DNA from: Paragordius varius
Taxonomy: Eukaryota > Animalia > Nematomorpha
Direction of reading: 5' to 3'
Assembly (NCBI GenBank): GCA_964247055.1
Contig: OZ176051.1
Location: 11,284,001 to 11,348,000 of the forward strand
Length of the DNA: 64,000 bases
In this document: positions 52,613 to 64,000 of the stretch, in pieces
Layout of the letters: every line of letters starts with the position of its first letter
How positions within the stretch are numbered: the first letter of the stretch is position 1
Made by a program: the position numbers and the translations under genes
Notes under the pieces: model-generated
Databases searched by the model: none
What the model was told of the DNA's origin: nothing
What the model saw: the letters and a program-made list of their open reading frames with translations, nothing else

Positions 52613-55600
52613 ATGGTAATCAGCAAAAGCGCATTTCGGGATGTTTTGAAAGTTGTTGCATTGTTTGATTTTTTTCCTCAAAATAACGATGAAGTTACAA
52701 TATATTAAATATGCAGCTTAAATTTACTAAGGGTAGTTATATTACAATCGTTCAGGCTCCTTCATTGAAACAAATTGGGACGGATAAATATGAATACGAT
52801 CAAAACGAATGGTGGGAAGGCAACTTAAACGGAGTTGTGGGTTGGTTTCCATGCAATCATGTTGAAATTTTACCAGGAAGTAATAAAAAAATATATTCAG
52901 ACATTTATGCAAATGATTTATCTACGAACCTTGCAACGTGCGAAACCGTAAAATTTTATTTTAACGCTTGTTAGATTTATAAAAATTGTTTGAATCAAGA
53001 ATCCGACATTTTAAATAGACTCCATGAATTATTAAGGAAATATTTGCGTCCATTATACAATGCTCATATTTTAACTCTGCAAGAATATCAATGTTTATTA
53101 TCTAATTTAGAACACATAGCCATTTTTCATGACAAATTTTTCGAATTTGCTAAGGATATTTGCAAGTTTTTTTTTAATTTATTAACAAAGTCAAAATATT
53201 GATGATCGATTAATAGGCTCGTTTTTTCTAAAAGTTTACAATCAGTTATCCACACTTTTGAAAATCTATTGTAAAAATCATCCCAAAGCTCTCAAAATTA
53301 TATCGAATACTAAAACGGATATTGAATTATTTTTGCAAACCATAGAAAAAGGTGAAAACATATATGTTTTATTATGGGTAATATTTAATACATATCTTGT
53401 AATTATTCATGTTTTAGAGATGTCTAACTTGATTTTCGTGAAGAATTATACTTTTTATTGTTGTTTAAACAATTCTAAGCTTTTATTTTATGGCTAAAAA
53501 TGCACATGTTAAAAAGTTTTTACAATATAATATTTATCAAAACACTTAACGCATACAAAAAACAAAACTAGGGGATCTAACAATACAACCAAATGTTTCT
53601 CTAAATTTTCGCTACTTTGTATATAAGAATCATGGATATTTCATTGCATATGATCGAAAAATTAGATTGTTAAATAAAAGCCCACCAAATAGTTAATAAA
53701 AGTTTTACATATCCTAGCATTTAAAACTTTTGATACAATAAAGGGGAGATTGGTGGTATAAAAGGAATTTAGAATACGATTGGTTAAGTGAAATTCTGGT
53801 ATGTGGTGTCTTGCAATAACTTTCTCAAAAGTTATCGGTCTTTACATTATATTGTAATGAGTAACTTCAAGGGACTTTTTATAAACTTATTAAAAGGAAA
53901 TCAATCGTTTTCAACATTTATTATAATCTTCAAGATATATTAGTTTACTCGCGTAAATCTCGTGCTGCTACGCAGCCCGAGAGGGGAGGGGCTATTTGAA
54001 AAGGGACAGTAAATTGATCCACCTATGTGGATTCTTTCGAAACATTATTTAATAGCTGTGATCTTATAGGAATTTTAAAACGGTGCATTCACACTCATAT
54101 ATTGTTCAATTGGAGGAAAAATAGATTCAAAAAATTATTTTTGTGGATTTTGTTATTTTGAAAAAAATGGCGTATTACGGGGGGAGCGGGTAAAAAGAGG
54201 GCCTAAATTAAAAAGAGCCGACTATGTTTGGCGCAATCGAAAATAAGTAAACAAAAATTATATTTTAAATTGAATGGTCCAACACGTTCTCCGGAAAATT
54301 GTCTCATAGACACGATATTTGTGGACTTCTGTTTTCAAAAAAAAACGTTCTTTACACGGGGTAGGCCCGAACTGGGGGCCTAATTCAAAAAAGGTAAGCT
54401 ATTGTCGGGGCATTCATTAATGATTATATTTTTTCGATATTTGGATTTGAATGGGTCTACCGGTTTTCCGGAAACAGATCAAAAAGCCACCTTTTTTATA
54501 ACTATATAGATGTGTTAGAAATTTTTACGTTAGCTTTATACTATTCGATTTCACTTTTTTAAATTATTTTTTTTAATAATATTATAATAATTAAAACAAA
54601 TTTTTGTACACAGCATATGATACAAAGCAATATATTTAAATTCACAGTTTTCGAAAGCATTATATAATCTATGCCCACAGAGTTTAATACTATGTGAATT
54701 AGCCTAAAAGTTAAAGTTTATATGCACCGGTTAAATCGATTTGATTCCTAAGAATTTAAAATACAATCGGGGGGGGGAGTTTCGGTTTTTTTATTTACTA
54801 TTTGAACTGGTTCTATTTTGGTTTCAGCCTTTTCCTACTAATTTTCCTTCATTTTTATTATAATTTGAACCAAATTATCAAAAACAATTGTAAATCAAAA
54901 CATAATTTATTCGAAAAAATAGCCAAATTTACAAAGTAGATTATTAGTGTATGCTATCAAGCTATTCGGTCGTCAGATTACTTCTTAGATCTAAAATATG
55001 AAATTTAGCGTGGTAAAGTTTTTTTCATGTTGTGAGCCGTAAATCTACCGTTAATATAATATTATATGATGAAATTTGAAAATTATAAAGGCAAATATTC
55101 ATGATCTATATATATAAAAAATCTATCAAAATAATTTTGCGGTTTTCTTTAAGTGTTAAAGGTAAATTTAAAAACATTTCAAATGGGTGCATGAAAAATT
55201 TTATCATATTGATCATCTATTTTAATATTTAAACAAAATTAGGATTGATGATTCCAGCCTGATGGGGCATTAGAAAAAAATGTTATTGTGTACAATCAAT
55301 ATTTAATAATAATTTAAACAATAAATTTTATATTTTTATTTAAAATATAACTATATAGGAACCACTTATTGTGGTGGTGAAACACAAAACGACTGACATT
55401 ATACGGTTTCAACAGTAACCGTATATTTAAAAATGAAACCAGGGTAATTCCAGCCCAATGGAACCGGTTTTCGAATTCTCAGGAACCGAATTTCGGTTCT
55501 TTGTATTATATGTGTTTTACTGCATTTACCATAAATTGTATTTAAATATTTTCGCCGGGACAATGATTTTATTATGCTATATATTAGACAAATCCCTTAC

Positions 55601-58600
55601 CTATATTTGGCAAATGTTTTGTTCGGCATTAAGTTTACCATTTAGACACACTGAAAACTATCGGAATACATTGTGGGAATTGAGACGTTTACTACCCGTA
55701 TTATCTTTACAAATTTATTATATTTCATCATTTTATGCCAAATATTTTACACCTTTTTTTGTGAATGTGCAGGAAAATCATAAAGATTGTGGTAACATTC
55801 AAAGAGCATTAGAATTGTATGGGAATCTTATAGTAAAACTTTTTTATTATATACCATTTCCCAGTCTAAATAAACGTTTTCCCAGTCAATCGAAACGTTT
55901 TCCCAATCAATCGAAACGTTTTCCCAGTCAATCGAAACGTTTTCCCAGTCAATCGAAACGTTTTCCCAGTCAATAGAAACATTTTCCCAGTCAATAGAAA
56001 CATTTTCCCAGTCAATAAAAACATTTTCCCAATCAATAAAAACGTTTTCCCAGTCAATAAAAACGGTTTTATTTTTGATGATAAATATCAAAACAAGATA
56101 GAAAAATAACTTTTAACCGTTATTAGCGTAATATTAGGATATTATTTTTTATGAATTAACAATCATTGAATGAAAATATTTTTTTATATTCCAATACTTA
56201 ATCATTAATAATTTATTCTTTAAGAGCTATATTTTATGAACTGGAAGAATATTTTATGGTTTTTAAGTATTTTATGAAAATATTTAATAAGTTTTTTATT
56301 TTATAGTTGGTTCGCATTTATATTCGAGGCTAACTTTTAAAGTCTATAGTTACGGATAATAAAATTTATAAAAATATACCATTTTTATCTCAAATTGGTT
56401 ATTTAACGCTTCATATGGGGTCTCAAACATAAATTTTACCCTATTTTTATATTTATCATATGGTTCATCGGAGGCCTAAGAAAATCTTAGTAAAATTCAT
56501 ATTTCTTACGCTATTATTCTGAATGAGTTTATAAAATTGACAACGAATTAAAAAAATATATTGTGTTTGTACTTTACAGTCTTATGTCTAAGATCGAATA
56601 AATTATTTATGAATGTCCTTATATAATACGAATACGAAACGCCGTGCTTTTTGGGTTAAAAATGCGGCCCGCAAAGCCATTGTGTTAGAATATCCTTTTT
56701 TAAAAAATATTTTTGAATGAAAAACATATTTAAAACCATGTTTTGTTCAGATTTTTTCCGACAGTATACCATTTCCCAGTCTAAATAAACGTTTTCCCAG
56801 TCAATCGAAACATTTTCCCAGTGAATCGAAACGTTTTCCCAGTCAATCGAAACGTTTTCCCAGTCAATCGAAACGTTTTCCCAGTCAATCGAAACGTTTT
56901 CCCAGTCAATCAAAACGTTTTTCCAGTCAATCGAAACATTTTCCCAGTCAATCGAAACAATTTCCCAGTCAATAAAAACATTTTCCCAATCAATAAAAAC
57001 GTTTTCCCAGTCAATAAAAACGGTTTTATTTTTGATGATAAGTATCAAAACAAGATAGAAAAATAACATTTAACCATTATCAGCGTAATATTAGGATATT
57101 ATTTTTTATAAAATCACAATTATTTAATGACAATATTTCCTATATATTCCAATACACAATCATTAATAATTTATTCTTTAAAAGCTATATTTTATTAACT
57201 AGAAGAATATTTTATGGTTTTTAAGTATTTTTAAGAAAATTTTAATAATTTTTTTATTTTATCGATGGTTTGCATTAATATTCGAGGCTAATTTTTAAAG
57301 TCTATAGTTACGGATAATAAAATTTATAAAAATATACCATTTTATCTCAAATTGGTCATTTAACACTTCAAATTGGATCATAAACATGTCTTCGAATTGT
57401 GTAAAAAATACTGTCGGAAAAAAATTTGAACAAAACATGGTTTTATATATGTTTTTCATTTAAAAATATTTTATAAAAAAGGATATTCTAACACAATGGC
57501 TTTGCGGGCCGCATTTTTAACTCAAAAAGCACGGAGTTCCGAATTCGTATTATATAAGGACATTCATAAATAATTTATTCGATCTTAAACATAAGAATTT
57601 TTTTATTCGTTGTCAATTTTATAGACTCATTAGAATAATAGCGTAAGAAATATGAATTTTACTAAGATCTTGTTGGCAAATTTTTGCATTGGATTTCCAA
57701 ATTTTTCGCGGGCCGCAAAAAGATTCGGAAGGCCGCCTTAGGCTGCGATGAACCAAATGATAAATATAAAAAATAGGGTAAAATTTATGTTTAAGATTCA
57801 ATATGAAGTGTTAAATGACCAATTTGAGATAAAAATGGTATATTTTTATAAATTTTATTATCCGTAACTATAGACTTTAAAAGTTAGCCTCGAATATTAA
57901 TGCAAACCATCGATAAAATAAAAAAATTATTAAAATTTTCTTAAAAATACTTAAAAACCATAAAATATTCTTCTAGTTAATAAAATATAGCTTTTAAAGA
58001 ATAAATTATTAATGATTGTGTATTGGAATATATAGGAAATATTGTCATTAAATAATTGTGATTTTATAAAAAATAATATCCTAATATTACGCTGATAATG
58101 GTTAAATGTTATTTTTCTATCTTGTTTTGATACTTATCATCAAAAATAAAACCGTTTTTATTGACTGGGAAAACGTTTTTATTGATTGGGAAAATGTTTT
58201 TATTGACTGGGAAATTGTTTCGATTGACTGGGAAAATGTTTCGATTGACTGGAAAAACGTTTTGATTGACTGGGAAAACGTTTCAATTGACTGGGAAAAC
58301 GTTTCGATTGACTGGGAAAACGTTTCGATTGACTGGGAAAATGTTTCGATTGACTGGGAAAACGTTTATTTAGACTGGGAAATGGTATATTTTATTCGAC
58401 ATGTTTCCAATTTGAAGCGTTAAATAACCAATTTGAGATAAAAATGGTATATTTTTATAAATTTTATTATCCGTAACTATAGACTTTAAAAGTTAGCCTT
58501 GAATATAAATGCGAACCAACGATAAAATAAAAAACTTATTAAATATTTTCATAAAATACTTAAAAACCATAAAATATTCTTCCAGTTCATAAAATATAGC

Positions 58601-61600
58601 TCTTAAAGAATAAATTATTAATGATTAAGTATTGGAATATAAAAAAATATTTTCATTCAATGATTGTTAATTCATAAAAAATAATATCCTAATATTACGC
58701 TAATAACGGTTAAAAGTTATTTTTCTATCTTGTTTTGATATTTATCATCAAAAATAAAACCGTTTTTATTGACTGGGAAAACGTTTTTATTGATTGGGAA
58801 AATGTTTTTATTGACTGGGAAAATGTTTCTATTGACTGGGAAAATGTTTCTATTGACTGGGAAAACGTTTTGATTGACTGGGAAAACGTTTCGATTGACT
58901 GGGAAAACGTTTCGATTGATTGGGAAAATGTTTCGATAGACTGGGAAAACGTTTATTTAGACTGGGAAATGGTATATATTTTCTATATTCATATTATGCC
59001 TTATATACCATATTGTGTGATTCTTAAATTTTTTAGAAAGATTTACAAGAACTAAGGAAACAAAGTGAATTGGAACAAGATATATTGAGTGGACCGATCG
59101 AGGGCTTAAACCAAGAGGTGTGTACATTTACTTTTTCTACGTATCTATCTTAAATAATCACCTTTACAAAATTAATCGTATCATTTTATATAATAAAAAT
59201 AATAAAGGAATTTCAAAATATGGGCACTGAAATTGCATTTATCCTTAAAATAACGATAAGAAGTCGATTTTTACCACCTTCGTTAGATTCGGCTGAGGTA
59301 ATCACATTTTTGGAAAAATTAACTGACAACCTCTATTCTACCACTACCTCACAAATATATCAAAACGCAACAGAACTATCCAAAAAAGATGAAAACTTTG
59401 CGAATTATAATAGCGAACAAGTTATACTAGTTGGTTTCCCTGATATCATTCTTATGTTGTCCTGTAATGCCATGTTAAACGGTTTCGTGTTTAAGGTTAG
59501 TTATAGAATTTTATTTAAAAAAAATTATTGATGCATATCCTGTTCTAAGGATGTGTTAATTTTAAAAATTCTATGAGTAAGATTTTTAAGACAGATATTA
59601 TATTTCTATTATTATATTAGCCACAACATATTTATGTATCTCAAATTTTTTGTTAACAAAAAGTTTTTATGTTTTGGACTGCAAACATGCACAATAATAA
59701 AATTTTATTCTACTATCTGACAATTATATAGTAAATTTTTATAAATTTCTTATGGAAAGATATTATTTTCTTCTTTGAAAATTATTCATAAGTTGTTTTA
59801 ATTTAAAAATGTTTTAAAAATTTTGATGAGGGTAAACAAATTTATGTAAATAGTATTTTATACTTTTTTCTTGCCTAATATAAAATCAAAATTTTTTATT
59901 ACTGACATATATCGAAATAATATATAATTAACAATTATTTATATTTACAATATCATAAGTTTGCACCTTTTTAATAGATTAATTTTATGCAAAATAGGGG
60001 AAAATACCAATGGCATTTCTTTCTGTCGAATCATACAATGTTAAGGACAAAGCTTTTCTTATCATATCAAGTAATTCGTGTAAAATAAAAATTATTAGGC
60101 CAAAATGTATGGATTTGTTTTAATGTCTTATTAGAAATTATAAAGTACACGTAAAACGTAACACAAATGTTAAGGCAACCATACTTGTAAAAATCTTATT
60201 TTTTTAAATTAACTATTGTTTTAATAACGATGAGATGTCAATAACAACACTTTATTAACATTCAATTGCGAATATTTAAGTTTAATATTTAGTTTTTAAA
60301 AATATGGCTGGCTATCTTTATAAAAAATATCTGTCTTATAATTCTAATTTTTGACTGATGTTTTAATTTTAGGTCCCCTGATTGAATCCATTGTGGGTGA
60401 ATGTGAAAACAATCAAGATGCCCAAAAAATCATGGCACATTTCAATGTAAAAATCGAAAATTCACCCAAAAAAGAATTAGGACATGATATTTTACCGAAA
60501 AAAACTGATATTTGTAGTGACGAAGGTGTTTGTCTACGGAAGGTTTTTTTTCATAACATTATATGAAATATTTAGGCTTATAAAATCTATTTTTCACTTG
60601 TGATAAGTTGTAATTAAATATATAAAAATTATTTAATTTAGTGATATTCACTTTATCAGAATATATAAAGCATTTTCAAAATTATATCATACCACACTCA
60701 GTTATAACTTAATATCTTACAGTTAAAATTACTATTTTGATTACAATATTAATTTATTATCTAAGAATTTTAAATACCACCACACAAATATAGGACAATC
60801 GTCCCACAGTTACGGCACACAAGCTTAGCCCAAACATTCAATCCATAAATCAAAGTCATAACGTTAAACTCAGTCCTCCACCCATTAGTTTGGCAAGACG
60901 CAAAAATTTGAGCTTATTTCGCAGCGCTCATCATGCAAAGTAAAATATAATATCTGAAAATGAATTTAAAAATGAAATTTATGCGTTTTTTTAAAGACAA
61001 TAAGTGCTTAATAAATTTTTGCTGAAAAAAAAGAGTTGTGTGGAATCCTTTCCTTATTGTTATATAATATCGTCTCTAACAAGATTCCCAAACAACATTG
61101 TTTTGATAAAATGGGATCACAGTTTATAAACTAACATCCACAACAGGAGGGGTGTCCAACACAAATGACTAGATTTTTCACAAATTCAAAGAGCCACATT
61201 TGAATTAATATCAAGACATAAGTTTCAAATAAATTATTATATAAACTTATATAGATGTGTTAATTTTCATATAAATAACCAGAAAATTTTTTATAATATT
61301 GCTTTGCTGTTAAATATGATATAATTAAAAAATTAAGTTTAATTTATCCATGGATTTCATCAATTTCTTGTTTTTACACATTGATGAAAGCACAAATATA
61401 GATATCACAAGGAATTTTATTCGAGAAAATGTTTTCAAAGAAGACAACTTAAACTTACCCCACTTTAACTGCTGAACTGTGTTTAGCTTGCAATTTTTAA
61501 ATATCTTAAAAAATATTTAAGAAATATATGTATGGGCTACCGAGGAATCTTTTATAATTGTAATAAAATAAAATCCGACGTTTTATATAGATATATTGAA

Positions 61601-64000
61601 ACGATACTGCTTGTTTCACTTAAATTATGTTCCTTTTACAATGACCAATTTGAATAGAAATTTAGTTATTTTTATATAATCATCTGTTTTAAGGCGTAAA
61701 CAATTTAGAGTTCTATTCATATTAATATCAAATTGGACATAAATAATATTAACAAAAACTTTATTAAATAAATTAAATAAATATTTTTCTATTGCATAGT
61801 AATTATAGAGATGATTTGACGAATGAAGTAAGGTTGTCAAATTAATTTCTTTTAATCACTGAGAAAATAAATTAATTGAAGAATTTGATGATATCATAAT
61901 TGCGGACCAAAATCCTATCAGAGCCCTATTTAAATGCCATTTTTACTGCTTATATTTAGCTTTTACTAATTATATTTCAAGTTACTAAGCCAAATATTTT
62001 TAAATATGCGAAAAAACACATTCCAAAGATTTTGAGATTGAAAGGAAATAAATGAAATGAATGTGATGGAAAATAAAAAATATATCAAAAATTTTACATC
62101 GCCACTCAAAAATTTATTTTTGCAAAAAAAAATTTTGAATTTTTTTTAAAGAGCCACTCAAATTTTTTTAAAAGACAAGTTGCTCCGAAACCACCTGTTA
62201 GACACCCCAGATCTACAAGATAGATATTTTCTATTCTTGTTTTCTTTAAGATAAATAGAAAAAGCAAATAATATGGTTAGCAGTCTAGTAAATATCGTTT
62301 ATTTTGTAAACGGTTCCGAAAATCGCTCTTCCAATCAACTTATATTCTAACCCATATAAAATTTTTCAATCGCCTAGAATTTCCCCTTCAAACAAGAATG
62401 ATGTAATTATGAAAGAATCTAAAACGCACGCTTTCAAAGCGCCAACATTCTCACAGAATAACTCTTCTTTGGTGCTTGATCATAGTTTTTTAACCGAAAA
62501 TTTAAAGTCAATTAAGAATAATAATAATAATAATTCACATCTCCTTGGTAATGCATATGACAGCTTATATACTTCTAATTCATCTCCCGGTTCCTCTATT
62601 TATGCCGCCAGTTCAATACCAGATTTTGCTCAAGAGGCCAACGAAAGGTTTATATAATATACTGACTGTGAATAATTCCTTTAAGTATTCATATAGTATA
62701 TGTTTTATATAAATACCATTTAGAGTTCAAGTTCACCCTAAAAATAAATTATGTGTTTTTGAACTAATATAACAAATTATTAATATGAAATATATCTTTA
62801 TAGCATAGTTTATTATTTTTTCAGTATTATTTTATTTTAAACAAAATTTTTATCTTTTAAAAATGTATAAAAATTAGGTATTTAATCCTCAACAACTTAT
62901 ATTTTATTTGAGGTTGAATTTGAATTGTATATGGTATATTAAAAGGTTTCATTTCCCTTTTTAAACATTAGATTTAGCTTTATTTTATCCATTTATTATA
63001 ATAAAAAATTGGTTAATTTAAAAATAATTATTATATAATTACGATATATATTCTGTATCAGTTATTTTACTAATTTTCATACAAAAGCTAAATTTATTCG
63101 TTTTATAATAAATTATTGTAGTATTAAATATTTTTAAACATTTAAATTTTTTAGCACCGAACAAACCAATGGTATGATAGAAAAGGGACATACCGAACCA
63201 TTATATACCGCTGCACGTTTAGAGAGTAATTTTTTAACATTTAATATCTAACAGCTTTATGTTTGAATACATTTTAAATTAAAATTTGCTAAATGATGGC
63301 TTTTAATGTATATTTAATATCATTTCAAAAGAATAAAATTATAATTATTTGTGAATATGCATTCTAATTGAAACAGTAGATTATAATCTAATCATATATT
63401 TGTATGGTTTGAAAATGTACATATTTGTTTTATTTTATCAATGCAATTATTTAATATTATTTATTATTTTTTATAATTTAGATGTTTCCAATTCTAATAC
63501 TCAACAAACGATTAATCCTATAACGACGATAAATAATATTGACAATGGGTCAAATAAATATAATCAAGTTTTATCCGAAGATGAGACCACTCAAAAACAT
63601 GCATTATTAATTAATTATTTGAATGAATTTATACCTGAATCTCTTTGCTTACCTTTACCACCTATGGGTCCAACCTTTTTGGGACATCAAAATCAAACAA
63701 ATGATACATCAAATAGCGATAAAAATTATGGTAAAGTTTTATTAAATATTTTTAACTATCGGTATTCTATTTTATTGTGGTACAAAAGAAGCAAGGAAGT
63801 TTATACCTTATATATAATGCTTCATTAATCTGTTTGAATGATAAACATTTGCATTTTATCTTTCAATTTACTATTCATATCAATATTATATATGTTAAAC
63901 AATATTTTTATTTTTTAATTTGATAATTTTCACAGAGAATGGATATTCATGCATCATTGAAGCTATTTTAAACCATGAACATACAGATATTAATTCAGAA
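52613..64000 (+). CDS. ARHGEF7: PIX-family Rho guanine nucleotide exchange factor (SH3-DH-PH), runs off the window. Exons: 52613-52693, 52717-52947, 52975-53165, 53191-53351, 55588-55697, 55773-55832, 59037-59117, 59208-59495, 59998-60070, 60373-60525, 60642-60700, 60794-60939, 62378-62647, 63155-63171, 63482-63730, 63936-64000
   Basis: SH3 ALFDF...DE-LKFTKG..WWEGNLNGVVGWFPCNHV; DH YCKNHPKAL, LSLPFRH..Y...L.EL, LRKQSELEQDIL; PH FPDIILMLS...GFVFKGKIP..PLIESIV; late IIEA motif resembling the PIX GIT-binding region. Start codon and the exons after 60525 are less certain. Confidence 0.88.
53948..54510 (-). mobile_element. Short non-autonomous Helitron in ARHGEF7 intron 4
   Basis: A|TCTATATAG start at 54510; decayed ctcgtgctgc hairpin and CGAG (from CTAG) end. 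Single-unit relative of 9377-11108. Confidence 0.8.
55852..58974. mobile_element. Outer TACC-family foldback (cgttttcccagtcaatcgaaa 21-mer subfamily)
   Basis: TA|TACCATTTCCCAGTC...GACTGGGAAATGGTA|TA, with arms of about 560 bp that mirror each other. Confidence 0.93.
56767..58387. mobile_element. Inner copy of the same foldback inserted into the outer one
   Basis: Same termini and TA TSD. Its central region is the reverse complement of the interrupted outer centre. Confidence 0.93.
62714..62936. mobile_element. Degenerate TACC-family MITE in an ARHGEF7 intron
   Basis: TACCATTTAGAGTTCAAGTTCACCC...GAGGTTGAATTTGAATTGTATATGGTA|TA; interior like 31289. Confidence 0.75.

Noticed and set aside
56763-56770. 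TATA as the TSD of the foldback family
   Set aside because: The empty site in the inner copy reads cagTAtttttt, which supports only a TA duplication.
55828-59055. ORFs with DWENVSI / FPSQSKR / NRNVFPV heptad repeats, and a CRISPR-like look
   Set aside because: These are translations of 21-bp TIR arrays, open in several frames on both strands. There are no unique spacers and the context is eukaryotic.

Overview
Very AT-rich animal (metazoan, probably protostome) genomic DNA. It holds two recognisable spliced genes on the + strand. The first is a complete chitin synthase (my hand model: 22 exons, 21752-37936, about 1863 aa, with DGD, GEDR, QRRRW and SWGTRE motifs intact). The second is the 5' part of a PIX-family RhoGEF (ARHGEF7-like; SH3-DH-PH; 52613 to window end). 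At the left are two unidentified, convergent coding units. The rest is densely packed with transposable elements: three decayed Ty3/Gypsy elements (two nested, inner one with a 5-bp TSD), a 5'-truncated RTE-type LINE, four non-autonomous Helitrons, hAT MITEs and other palindromic repeats. There is also a family of TA-inserting foldback/MITE elements that share TACCAT...ATGGTA ends but carry different 21-bp subterminal repeats. Most notable points: (1) both genes need ultra-short 23-27 nt introns, next to kb-size introns inflated by TE insertions; (2) the TACC family includes a self-nested copy whose empty site fixes the TSD, and a copy inserted into a splice donor of chitin synthase; (3) a four-level TE nest (Gypsy > Gypsy > hAT > Helitron). 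All gene models and boundaries were read by eye. Splice and TSD coordinates were counted; other repeat edges are approximate.
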